A stretch of DNA of 32,000 bases from Promethearchaeota archaeon (GTDB lineage Archaea; Asgardarchaeota; Lokiarchaeia; Sigyniarchaeales; Promethearchaeaceae). Numbering within the stretch: the first letter of the stretch is position 1; the number at the start of each line of letters is the position of its first letter. Below are positions 1 through 9,449 of the stretch, in pieces. The position numbers were made by a program, and so were the translations under genes. Under the pieces are notes generated by a model. The model did no database searches, was not told where the DNA came from, and saw only the letters and a program-made list of their open reading frames with translations. The DNA lies in NCBI GenBank assembly GCA_016933055.1, contig JAFGBS010000004.1, positions 394,972 to 426,971 on the forward strand, written 5' to 3'.

Positions 1-1
1 A

Positions 2-109
2 AATCCTGATTTAGTGAGAGTAGTTGAAGAAAAAGTAAAAATAATTCGACCTTATATCGTACTGTGCGCAATTAAAGACATTGATATGGATGATAAGCAA
101 TCGATCTAA
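2..109 (+). pseudogene. 3' end of a truncated ORF resembling part of the archaeal Phe-tRNA synthetase beta subunit
   Basis: Frame 2 reads NPDLVRVVEEKVKIIRPYIVLCAIKDIDMDDKQSI*. VxxIRPYIV recalls the archaeal PheT B3/4 region, but the frame stops where PheT would continue. The 5' part lies outside the window. Confidence 0.4.
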
Positions 110-263
110 AAAATAGAACATGTGTATTGTTCAAATCCATACTATATTTATTCCGGTTATTACCAGAATTTCAATAAAATGTAATTAGATTGATAAATTA
201 AATAGTAATGTAGATACCAAATGGGCTCTATAAATTTTTAAAAATTGAAAACTCGATTATCTT

Positions 264-887
264 ATGAATAATACTGTATTTATCCCTACAATTTCGGATC
301 TATATCAATTAAGTATTAAGGATTATAAATTGGGGTGTAATATATTAGGGGAAGCATTTCGTGATGATCCTATCTGGTCGAAAATAATGGAAGAGCAACC
401 AGATAAATTCAATACAGTCTTTGGAGTTCCTTTAAAATATTGTTTACGTTTCGGTAAAGTTTTTGCCCCATCAAGAGATCTAGAAGGACTCGCAGCGTGG
501 ATAGGAAGTCCATACACGAATATGAGTATCTGGAGATTAATTATTAGCGGTGCATTTATTCCATCTTTTCAATTAGGAGTAAATATCGGACAGAAAATCT
601 TCCAAGTGTTCAGTGTTATAGAAAAAGATCGAAAAGAGTTTATGAAAGAAGCATATGTGTACTTATATGTAATTGGGGTCCATCCTAGTAAACAAGGTCA
701 AGGAATCGGCACAAAATTAATTCGATCAATGCTAGAGATATTACCAAAACACATCCCTATATATTTAGAAACCGAAACACAAGATAATGTAAAATTCTAT
801 GAGAAATTGGGTTTCGAAATTCTAAATGAAATCAAAGTACCACTCTTTGATTTACCTATGTGGGAAATGATATCTAATAGAGAATAA
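264..887 (+). CDS. GNAT family N-acetyltransferase
   Basis: Acetyl-CoA motif LYVIGVHPSKQGQGIGTKLI and C-terminal YLETETQDNVKFYEKLGFE. Confidence 0.88.
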   Translation: MNNTVFIPTISDLYQLSIKDYKLGCNILGEAFRDDPIWSKIMEEQPDKFNTVFGVPLKYCLRFGKVFAPSRDLEGLAAWIGSPYTNMSIWRLIISGAFIPSFQLGVNIGQKIFQVFSVIEKDRKEFMKEAYVYLYVIGVHPSKQGQGIGTKLIRSMLEILPKHIPIYLETETQDNVKFYEKLGFEILNEIKVPLFDLPMWEMISNRE

Positions 888-1404
888 ATCTTATAATTTC
901 CAATTCTTTGCTTGAATAATTGTTTGAATATATAATGTCTGAATTATTCCTGAATTCTTCTTCTTTTTTTATTTAATGGATGGGCTGGGTCATTTCCTGT
1001 ATCTTTTTTATTTTACTGCAATAAAAGCTGAGATCATCATCATTCTTAAAAAAGCAGAGACTATAATCATACCTCCTATATTCTAACTTCTTATTATGCG
1101 ATGATAACACTCTGTACAAACAATTTTGGATATTTCATTGTAATTTATTTATGGTTATTTCAAAATATAAGAAATTTAAATTTGATGAATTCGTGGAAAA
1201 GACAATTACTTCTCAGTTGGAATAATCAATTCCTTTTACAGCAGAAAAAGACATTGGGGTAAAAATTGTCTTCGTGTGAAAATTCCTCGAACATTGAAAA
1301 AAAGTTATTGAATTTCTTGTCCCATTTTCAGTTCGATTTTCTTCTGTTACTCCGCACCTTAACGATCATCTAAAACACTTTAACAAGATATTAAATATAA
1401 AAAA

Positions 1405-2703
1405 TTAAATTGGGCATATTCCGAAGATCAAATCCTTATAAATCCCCATTCCGAAGCGCTCCCCCGTAAAATATGCACATGTTGAAGAACTAAAGAGGGA
1501 TTCACCACTTCTTCCTACGATAGGTTGATCTCCAAGAATTGCACATAATTCATTTTGAGTTAAAATCCCATCACTTCGATTTGAGTCTACCATATATTCC
1601 ACATAGATTTGACGATTCCACGAATAATCAAGATCTAAAAGATATTGCTGCCATGTTTCAATTGTGTAGGTATTCGTAAAGACAACTTCATCTGAAGTGT
1701 TAAAAATATATTGGCTGGGTATATGTTGGGAGGCAAAGAAGTCAGTGGAATTTCCAAACATCATGGAATACCCATATGAAGAAACTGGACTTGCATAAAT
1801 TATATTATACATTTCTTCCAGGGTTGCAGAAGTCTCTAACGCTAATTTTGTGATACTGGATAACGGCATCATGGGATCTGCAGGTTGGTTAATTGAGACT
1901 AAACTAGAAAATAAAGAGAACCCATTCTCATTCTTTCCACAGATTAGTGACAAACAAGCACCTCCACGAAGTGAAAAAGTTTCTTGTTTTCCGGTCAAAT
2001 TCGCGTGAACCCATACCATTGTTGGTTTAAACGCATCAGAAAAATCCCAATTCTGCCCAATGGTGACTGAACCATCTGTATTGTTGGATCCAATTACTGT
2101 ACAACCCCTCGGTTCAAAAAAACCATAGGTTGCTTCCGTAAAAACATGTTGAGCTAATGCATCTGTATAGGAGATATGAAATCCGGTCTTTTGGGACGCA
2201 CCATCCGCAAGTCCTCGTAATTCTTCTAAATGGTCTTCGGGTATATACTGTTCATATGTTGCTGCAACTTTCTTGAATTTTGGATAACTAAATCCATAAA
2301 AAAATCCTGTTCCTACAAGATAAAGCTTCATATAGTAGATTTTCCATGCAATTTCTTGTCCAACAAGATATCCCATATCATAGGGATTATCGGATTCGAC
2401 ATATAAATATGGCATGGTATTGTCCTCACGCCATTCTGCATAACCAGTAATATCAAAACGTATATAGGATAAACGATTACTAGCCATCCATAACCCTTCA
2501 CCTATTATCCCCGATAACAATACAATCAACACAATGGCTCCAAATTTTTTCCATTTCGGATGTTTCGCATTGGGGAATTTAAAATTTTTACATAAACCAC
2601 GAGTAATTTGTTTGCGTTTGCATACCAATTCTCTAAATAAAACAATTCCAGTAGCGATGAATGCTACAAACACAATAAACACAATAACTGCAATCCATAA
2701 CAT
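1405..2703 (-). CDS. Membrane-anchored C45 family (Ntn-hydrolase) cysteine peptidase/acyltransferase
   Basis: YLEELRGLADGA-type pro-region (HLEELRGLADGA), autoprocessing site G|CT followed by GQNWDF, two N-terminal hydrophobic helices. Confidence 0.78.
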   Translation of the reverse strand: MLWIAVIVFIVFVAFIATGIVLFRELVCKRKQITRGLCKNFKFPNAKHPKWKKFGAIVLIVLLSGIIGEGLWMASNRLSYIRFDITGYAEWREDNTMPYLYVESDNPYDMGYLVGQEIAWKIYYMKLYLVGTGFFYGFSYPKFKKVAATYEQYIPEDHLEELRGLADGASQKTGFHISYTDALAQHVFTEATYGFFEPRGCTVIGSNNTDGSVTIGQNWDFSDAFKPTMVWVHANLTGKQETFSLRGGACLSLICGKNENGFSLFSSLVSINQPADPMMPLSSITKLALETSATLEEMYNIIYASPVSSYGYSMMFGNSTDFFASQHIPSQYIFNTSDEVVFTNTYTIETWQQYLLDLDYSWNRQIYVEYMVDSNRSDGILTQNELCAILGDQPIVGRSGESLFSSSTCAYFTGERFGMGIYKDLIFGICPI

Positions 2704-2785
2704 AATACCAAATTCTCAATGTTATCTTAAAAACATACTCTAAAGAAATTCTATAGAATACCATAAATAAAAAAGAAAAAAGTGT

Positions 2786-3694
2786 TTAAAGTTGTTTTCG
2801 ACGTGGAATAATAAATGCTGGTATATATAACACTGCATGGATAAAACTCAAGAAGTGTTTGATAGAACGGATTAAAAATGTCCAATCTGAGGAGAACATG
2901 CTAAATACCAGTGCAACAATAAGTAGTAGCAAAATTGTTGTCGAAAGGATTAGTTGCAATAAAATATACCCAAGTATTTTTCGATATTCTTGTACCTTCG
3001 TCATCATTTTCACAATATACACAATATCCACGATGATTAGAACTAGAATCACTACAACAAACACATATGAGGCTCCTATTACGTAAAAAGTGATATCAGA
3101 ACTCCAATATTCCTCTACAAATACACCTACAACCCCAAATAAAAAGGCCAGATACATTATTATCTCAAGGAATACCACAAATTGTTCATTACGTTTAATA
3201 TTATCCATCAAAAAGACTTCAATGGTAAATATGATGAACATAGAATAAGCTAATGCTTCAAATGGAATGTAAAATTGCCCTAATACATAGATTATTCCCC
3301 TCAAACTGGATTCTGAGACGGTATAAAAACTTTCCAATAAACGAGTAATTCCTAGGAATACTGCGGTAAAGAATATCATATTTGCCATATATTTATCTGT
3401 TCGTTTTTTTCTGCCCTTGTTTAACCCTATAACCACACCGAAATAGGTTAATCCGGCAATTGCAGAACTTATTGCACTAATTATCATCCATATGGCTCGA
3501 AAATCCATATCATAAATTTGATAATCAAGCCTCCAAAATGTAAAGGGACGTATGATTTCTAGTGAATTGTGCACAGTAATTACGTCGTTGTATACTAATA
3601 TGTCTAATGCAACAACCGCAATAACTGCAATTATCGTTATAGTCCACACAAATGTGAGTACTAACTTCAGTTTAATTTTAGCCATGTTGTGCAT
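2786..3694 (-). CDS. Multi-pass (about 7-8 TM) membrane protein of unknown function
   Basis: 302-aa ORF with alternating hydrophobic segments; no recognisable catalytic motif. Confidence 0.75.
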   Translation of the reverse strand: MHNMAKIKLKLVLTFVWTITIIAVIAVVALDILVYNDVITVHNSLEIIRPFTFWRLDYQIYDMDFRAIWMIISAISSAIAGLTYFGVVIGLNKGRKKRTDKYMANMIFFTAVFLGITRLLESFYTVSESSLRGIIYVLGQFYIPFEALAYSMFIIFTIEVFLMDNIKRNEQFVVFLEIIMYLAFLFGVVGVFVEEYWSSDITFYVIGASYVFVVVILVLIIVDIVYIVKMMTKVQEYRKILGYILLQLILSTTILLLLIVALVFSMFSSDWTFLIRSIKHFLSFIHAVLYIPAFIIPRRKQL

Positions 3695-3985
3695 GTTAAT
3701 TTCTATGTTCTTTAATAGTTTATCTTAGATTCATACCGAAAATTTCTATTACGATTTCCACATGAAAACAGAATTTAAAGTATCAACAACTATTCTGTTG
3801 AATATATCGTAATTGGCAACCCTTTACCGTAAAACTATCGTAATATAGAGTCAAATCCATAAACCAGAATCAAATTGTGAATTTACATTAATTTAATGCC
3901 CGTACACATGAAGAATAGTTCGGTCCTTGGTGCAGGAACGTGAACTGATGAATATTATATTTCAAGCGCCGAATGCGAAGCTGGA

Positions 3986-4017
3986 GGCAATGTCATGCGT
4001 AGCATGATACATCCGCC
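3986..4017. repeat. REP-like hairpin with GTA triloop
   Basis: GGC-A-ATG-TCATGC-GTA-GCATGA-TA-CAT-CC-GCC. The 13-mer ATGCGTAGCATGA (3995-4007) recurs at 5999-6011. Confidence 0.55.
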
Positions 4018-4052
4018 AAATCATTAATAGATTCAATCATATTTACTTCATA

Positions 4053-4294
4053 ATGACTGAAATACTGCTAGATAAAGAGAAAACACTTGAATGGCTCGAT
4101 TTAAGCTTTATTTCTTACGCGATGCTATCGCTAAAATACTGAAGCGATGGAATGAGAATTCTACCCAGAAATTTTTAGAAAAAGCTAAAAAAGGTACTTA
4201 TAGTCAAGCCGAAAATGATGCAATTGAACTGCATCAATTAATTGCGAATGAACAAGATTAGCTTGAATTAATTAAGAAAATTGAGGAACAATAG
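4053..4294 (+). pseudogene. Degraded small antitoxin-like gene
   Basis: MTEILLDKEKTLEWLDL, then a frameshift to LRDAIAKILKRWNENSTQKFLEKAKKGTYSQAENDAIELHQLIANEQD*LELIKKIEEQ*. One frameshift plus one premature stop. Confidence 0.5.
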
Positions 4295-4296
4295 CT

Positions 4297-4440
4297 ATGA
4301 GCTAATGGGATAAACTGGATCTTGCTCACTCTCTTATTCAAAAACAATTGATGGACCAGATTATACAAATAAAGTGTGAAGATTATCGTCTACTCGATCG
4401 TATTTGTGTGTTATACTCTATTTTTCTCAATCTAACCTAA
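4297..4440 (+). pseudogene. Degraded partner gene (possible toxin remnant)
   Basis: ATG 2 nt after the upstream stop; MS*WDKLDLAHSLIQKQLMDQIIQIK... has an early stop and looks truncated. The toxin identity is inferred from layout only. Confidence 0.3.
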
Positions 4441-4580
4441 TTCCACGGCTAAGTTTGTGGAAAATAGAAACGTTGCTTTAGCGTAGACGTTTCTTATACC
4501 CACCTATCGCAAGAGACAGGCTATGAATTCACTCGGAACATGTTGATTAGTGACTATGTGGCAGGTACCTTTTTTTCCAC
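4441..4580 (+). other. Cluster of adjacent hairpins (small structured element or terminator region)
   Basis: TTCCACG/TGTGGAA (4441-4462), AGAAACGT/ACGTTTCT (4466-4494), a GCAA-loop hairpin (4503-4520), TCACT/AGTGA (4529-4553). G-U pairs favour the + strand. Confidence 0.45.
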
Positions 4581-5579
4581 TCACTTAATGGTCATTAACA
4601 TTTTATCTTCACCTAATACAACGGGACCAGAAAATATTTTTTTAACGCCTTTAAGATACTTCCTTTTTATCATCCAGTTGAGTATAGGAGGTGTAACATG
4701 AACTAGTACTAATTTTTTCGCACCAGCTTCATGTGTGAGGGTTGCTGCTTGGATGGGACTCATGTGATAGTTCTGGATATCTGTTGTTATTTTAGCAAAT
4801 CTGAAAAATCCTAAATTTGCATTTGCTACTGATAATAACCCAGCAGCTTCATGTAATATGGCATTACTAATGATTAGATCTGCGTTCTTGCATAATTTGT
4901 GCATCCACGGATGATAATTCGTGTCTCCCAGAATTACAATGTGTTTCCCATGAATATATATACGGTAGCTAACGGCTGGTTTGACAGGACCATGATCAGC
5001 TTCCCATGCATGAATATTGAAGGTTTCATCAGTGTAGACTCTGACAGATTCCGAAGGAAGTTCTGGTGTACCTTTCAGAGGCAGGGAAATTGGTTTGGGA
5101 ATTAACTGGGATGCTTCTATAGGCATAATTTCTTCGCCATGATGAAGGATACGGTATCTAAAATCGTGTGAATACGCTTTTGAATAGCCATCTACAATGT
5201 CTTGGACTCCTTCTGGTCCATAAATTTCCAATGGAATGGTTCTACCTTGCACCCATGAACCAAATGCAGTTTCTCCCAAATCAGCGATGTGATCAGAATG
5301 AAAATGGGTAAGAAAAATAGCCTTTAAATTTGCCCGAGGTAATTTCATTAAATCTGCATTTCGCCAAACTCCTGATCCACAGTCAAATAGCATAAACTTA
5401 TCATCACTAATGATACCTATACCTGTAGCACCGATCCGTTTGGAGTTATTCATAGGACCACCAGTGCCAAGAAGAGCAATGTGTATGGCTGAAGACGGAG
5501 AATTTTCAATTTGGGAATTTGAGCTCTTTTTAATACGATTTTTGATGAAATTCAAAAGTTTGTAATTTCGATTTCCCAT
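4581..5579 (-). CDS. MBL-fold metallo-hydrolase, RNase Z/AtsA-like family
   Basis: LLGTGGP start of fold, FDCGSG, THFHSDH (HxHxDH), DHGP, GDT and LVHV metal-ligand motifs. Confidence 0.88.
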   Translation of the reverse strand: MGNRNYKLLNFIKNRIKKSSNSQIENSPSSAIHIALLGTGGPMNNSKRIGATGIGIISDDKFMLFDCGSGVWRNADLMKLPRANLKAIFLTHFHSDHIADLGETAFGSWVQGRTIPLEIYGPEGVQDIVDGYSKAYSHDFRYRILHHGEEIMPIEASQLIPKPISLPLKGTPELPSESVRVYTDETFNIHAWEADHGPVKPAVSYRIYIHGKHIVILGDTNYHPWMHKLCKNADLIISNAILHEAAGLLSVANANLGFFRFAKITTDIQNYHMSPIQAATLTHEAGAKKLVLVHVTPPILNWMIKRKYLKGVKKIFSGPVVLGEDKMLMTIK

Positions 5580-5676
5580 AAATACTATTTGTGAGTAAGT
5601 CGTTAAATTTCCAACCTTTTTAAGCGGTTTCTATCATGGCAATTTTTGTCAAAACTAATGCTATCTGCCATTAAAC

Positions 5677-5684
5677 CTTATATA
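5677..5684 (+). promoter_or_regulatory. Candidate archaeal TATA box for the downstream structured RNA
   Basis: CTTATATA would put a start near 5708-5712, just before the first long helix (5717). No + strand ORF follows. Confidence 0.45.
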
Positions 5685-5709
5685 TGTATAATAGAGAAAA
5701 TGAAAAATA

Positions 5710-6385
5710 GGATTTTATTAATCAATATCTATCTGAGTTCTTAAGGCTCCGTTGGTAACGCAATCCATGTGTGTTTAACGTATTTTAGCGTAAAACGTCA
5801 AACCCGTTATCTAAAGCAAATTCAGTGGGTTTAGGTGTTCCGTTTTCCAAAAGTGCAATAATTTGCAGATAGGATACGAAAGCAGATACATTCCTACGAG
5901 ATACAGCGTAATACCTCTTTTTTCCTTCCGTGAGAGATATTAATAAACGTAATTCAGAAGTGCGGGTAGGTGGTGGGAATAAAGGAGCCCAAAGGCGAAT
6001 GCGTAGCATGAGCCTACTAGATAGTATGCAGAACCCGATAGGTATTGGAGGGGTTAACCCGAACCCTTTGGACCGAAGTACGTACTAGTAGTATCGATTC
6101 ACCCGAACCAAAAATTTTTGGATTAGGTAGGATAGATATTGATTAATCAATTTCGTACACATTACCCTAATCCGTACGAACTACGCTAAAAGCCTAGCCA
6201 TGGGATAATTGGGATAGGTTCTTTTGGCGTAGGGGTGCCTAATACCCATGAAATTTATCTATGGTTATCCCAACGAAAACCCTATTTGGGTAACGATTTA
6301 CCGTAGAAATAGGATAAAGTGAGAAACATGCCATAGAGGGAGCCCAATTCAGCATGTAGAATTTGGGATAATTCACGAATTTTAA
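5710..6385 (+). ncRNA. Candidate large structured non-coding RNA of unknown class (~680 nt)
   Basis: Perfect 17-bp helix 5717-5733/6131-6147; 12-bp 6181-6192/6221-6232; 10-bp 6264-6273/6363-6372 enclosing hairpins 6281-6313 and 6326-6357; 7-bp 6152-6158/6174-6180; 8-bp 6120-6127/6166-6173; 8-bp 6048-6055/6062-6069. G-U wobbles fit the + strand. No credible ORF. Confidence 0.7.
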
Positions 6386-6454
6386 AAAAAAATACTTACC
6401 AATTTTAAGCGTGTTTGTTTTAAAACGTGAATAATTATCATATCAAGATCTTAG

Positions 6455-6660
6455 ATGTTGTTTAGTCGATATTTTATTCAAGAACCCCATAATGAGGATG
6501 TGCTGCAATATGCACCGGGATCTTGGGAACCTAAGCACTACAAGACAAATTAGAAGAACTTAAACACCAATGTATTGATATACCATTAATCATTGGGGGA
6601 AAGAAATACATACAGAGACTAAAATTAATTTCGCAACAAAAAGAGTGCTTGAAATTTTAT
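6455..6660 (+). pseudogene. pruA: 5' fragment of a 1-pyrroline-5-carboxylate dehydrogenase gene
   Basis: MLFSRYFIQEPHNEDVLQYAPGSWE, then a frameshift to ALQDKLEELKHQCIDIPLIIGGK, matching the PxNEPVxxYAPGS...IDIPLIIGGK N-terminus of P5CDH. The rest is missing. Confidence 0.65.
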
Positions 6661-6971
6661 TTCTAAAAAAACGCTCCTATCCACTATCTTATTATTAAAT
6701 TCTTGAACCTTCGGAATTGTGGATCCAGAGATAATTTTTCTTGTACTACGTTCATGGGAAAACGGAATATTTTAACAATCTTATAGGTTAGTGGTCTGTC
6801 AATTTTCGAGTAATTAACTTAAGTTTCGCCATTTATCTTGACATTCGGATTAAATGTGTTGTTTAAATACCTCTTTAGAAAAAGGAAATACCCTTCGGGT
6901 GTCAAAAAAGAATTTGAATACCCATTCTAGTAAAATGAATATCCTTATTAATCATACGGATATACAATATC

Positions 6972-7223
6972 ATGATGTCGCACCCCACTATTTCCATTGT
7001 TAACCGTAAGGGTATGGTTACTATCCCCTCCAATCTTCGAAAAAAGTATAATCTACAAGAGGGATCAGAAGTGGCCTTTCTAGATATCATGGGGAATTTA
7101 GTTCTTGTTCCAATTTTATCAATTGAGGAAATACGGAAGCAGATGCCGCCTGCAAAGGAGATGTTGAAATCCTACGAAGAATCCCGCAAACAGGAGATAC
7201 AATTGGAAAATAAACGCCTGTGA
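6972..7223 (+). CDS. AbrB/MazE/SpoVT family antitoxin
   Basis: SIVNRKGMVTIPSNLRKKYNLQEGSEVAF is a typical AbrB swapped-hairpin pattern; 4-nt overlap with the PIN gene. Confidence 0.88.
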   Translation: MMSHPTISIVNRKGMVTIPSNLRKKYNLQEGSEVAFLDIMGNLVLVPILSIEEIRKQMPPAKEMLKSYEESRKQEIQLENKRL

Positions 7224-7654
7224 AAGCCATGAAAAAGAAGATTTGCATAGATACTGGGATAATGACCCAATATATTTCTTCAAGTCCTCCGGAACCGATT
7301 GTTAATATAATAAACCGAGTGATCAAGAGAGAAATTGAATGCTATATTCTTAAATCCGTGCTTATTGAGGTGTATTATCAAATATGTAAATGGAAAGGCA
7401 TTGAATTTGCTCGTAATGCATTAACTTCTTTCCAAAAAACCGTACCTTTTGTCCCCGTAGAATTAGATGATGGGTTAATCCAAACTGCCGGGATACTAAA
7501 GTGTCAGCATCGAACTACATTATCCTATATTGATTGTATGAGTATATCTTATTGTATAAATAACAAAATGGAATTTCACACTACCGAGAAAACCTTGAAA
7601 GGAATACAAGACGACACTTTGAACAAACTAAAAGTGAAAAAATATCGATTTTGA
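7220..7654 (+). CDS. vapC: PIN-domain toxin (VapC-like)
   Basis: ICIDTG, VLIEV and LSYIDCMSI acidic PIN motifs; coupled to the AbrB gene. Confidence 0.82.
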   Translation: MKAMKKKICIDTGIMTQYISSSPPEPIVNIINRVIKREIECYILKSVLIEVYYQICKWKGIEFARNALTSFQKTVPFVPVELDDGLIQTAGILKCQHRTTLSYIDCMSISYCINNKMEFHTTEKTLKGIQDDTLNKLKVKKYRF

Positions 7655-7709
7655 TGCACTGGATGGTAATTTTCAGAGTAATCAAATCAAGTTTCATCAT
7701 TAAGATATA

Positions 7710-8050
7710 ATCGCTATTCAACCTCCGCGGTGGGTAACCGATACGAATCAATCTCTCATGGGATGAATTTTCTAATTATATCGATCGATACATACACATT
7801 ACGACACATAATTATTCTTTTCATTTTAACTCAAGGGAAGTCTCATCCTTCCAGAAACCCAAGACGAAAACCTCTACCACACCTTATCCACGAATGCGGA
7901 AGTATTGCGTATCTATCATATGATTAAAATGACTGAAGCGCAAGGTCTTAATGTCCTTTATGAGTATTTGGAGCAAATGATGAATGATGCAAAGAAAACT
8001 GATGCATCTAAAACACTGAAGAATTTAGCTTCGGATCACGAGAAAAATGT
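7710..8050 (+). pseudogene. Internal fragment of a Hef/FANCM-like helicase gene (covers part of track ORF 7905..8132)
   Basis: NAEVLRIYHMIKMTEAQGLNVLYEYLEQMMNDAKKTDASKTLKNLASD resembles the Hef insertion domain (KLxHAxELLETQGxxxLxxYLEKL). The upstream part is frameshifted and no helicase motifs are present. Confidence 0.42.
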
Positions 8051-8221
8051 GGAAGAAGTGCGTATCTTGGGGATTCTGGGTATAGTGGATAGGTTGTTTT
8101 ACTCTTTCTCTATTCCAATGGATACTCTTTAAGGCAGCATAAAAAGCCTTTGACATAATATCCTCTGACTAATTATTTTAGAAAAAAGAATTTTGTGAGT
8201 CTTTCAAGTACCATTAGATTT

Positions 8222-9055
8222 CTAGTCCTTCACGATGTGCCATCCGCATGTGTGGCAAAACGTGGCATCCGGAAGTAATTTTGTTCCGCATTTGATACAG
8301 AATCGTCCTGATTGGCTTTCATAAGGTGAGTATGTAGGGTCCTCTTCTGGAGGAGGATAATATTGAGGGGAGCCTTCTACCACCGGTTCGGTAATTCTCG
8401 AAATTAATGGTATTTTTTTGATGTTCGCACCTGTTATGAAATATCCGATAACGGAGATGACTGTTTTTGCTAATCCCAAAATTAGAATAACAACTAGCAT
8501 TACATCAATAGCAAACACAAAGACTGAAAGTATATCAAATGCTACAAATGCTATTCCGATTCCTGCTCCTATCGCAAGGAGCGTAGTTCCGTTCCGAATC
8601 TTTGCTTCGATTGGGGGACGGAGGGTTGCGCCATATTTTCCCAATCTAATCCACGCGATGATTTCAAAAATATACACGATAAGATACAATATATCGTAGA
8701 TAATCAAGCAATTCAACCAATTATGTGCATCCCACACAACTATATATGCAATATAATAGAAGACATTTGCAATTAAGGTGAGTATAAAAAACCCAATTAA
8801 CATGGAATAATATCCACTGAACGTATTGAGATTTAGAATCGTTTTGATCTTCTGATTATTAATTACCAGCACAATCAGTAGAATTACAGTTGTCACATCT
8901 AACAGTACTTGCAGAAAAAATCCTTCAAATCCTAAGAGTCCTAAAATAAATCCCAAGGCAAAACTTGCAATAGGCAATATTCCCAAGATAATTAACAAGT
9001 TTCCGAATTGCTCAAATCTTGGGGGATCTGGGTATGGTTGATACGTCATCTTCAT
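8222..9055 (-). CDS. Multi-pass membrane protein with C-terminal zinc ribbon
   Basis: About six TM segments, a Pro-rich linker, then CIKCG...FCHTCG. Confidence 0.85.
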   Translation of the reverse strand: MKMTYQPYPDPPRFEQFGNLLIILGILPIASFALGFILGLLGFEGFFLQVLLDVTTVILLIVLVINNQKIKTILNLNTFSGYYSMLIGFFILTLIANVFYYIAYIVVWDAHNWLNCLIIYDILYLIVYIFEIIAWIRLGKYGATLRPPIEAKIRNGTTLLAIGAGIGIAFVAFDILSVFVFAIDVMLVVILILGLAKTVISVIGYFITGANIKKIPLISRITEPVVEGSPQYYPPPEEDPTYSPYESQSGRFCIKCGTKLLPDATFCHTCGWHIVKD

Positions 9056-9449
9056 CCCTCACTAGTCTATTGGATACTCGTTGAGGGACTATAAAAAAAT
9101 TTCGATAAGTTAGATTATCCCAGTGAAAGAATTAATTAAATGCTCTTTTCTATAGTAACTTTTTTTTTGATTTGTAATTACCTGCATTAAATTTTTGAGT
9201 AATCTCTGCTTTCACTGCTGCTCCATCCCCTGTCATGGAATCCAAATTTTTTCTGGATTTTTGCCATTTTGGGAAAGGAGACGCTGGTTGAGTGCCATTA
9301 AATCAATGGATCGTCTCCGATCGCATCTCCTTGCGTTCGTATCTTATTTGTGGTGTAGTGAGTGTTTCCGTAGTTTTAGTAATATTGTTTAGAAAAAATA
9401 CTCCAGAATTAACGAGATTGGCAAAATTTGGACTAAATAAATAATATTT

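Noticed and set aside
975-1230. Hydrophobic coding-like fragments on the + strand
   Set aside because: Broken by stops and frameshifts, with no family recognisable.
5785-6009. 74-aa minus-strand ORF
   Set aside because: No recognisable motif, and it lies antisense within the structured region; probably incidental.
5710-6385. Large RNA as a group II or group I intron, RNase P, SRP or tRNA cluster
   Set aside because: GTGCG at 5960 is internal, and I found no domain V (AGC triad/GAAA/bulge) on either strand. I also saw no group I P7/J8-7 motif, no GAGGAAAGTCC, no SRP helix 8 motif and no cloverleaf. This was by eye only, so cmscan is still needed.
6972-7654. AbrB-PIN pair as a novel system
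   Set aside because: Ordinary VapBC-type module, common in archaea.
9180-9440. Protein-like stretch on the - strand (MAKIQKNLDSMTGDGAAVKAEIT...) and track ORF 9195..9392
   Set aside because: Too short and unidentifiable.
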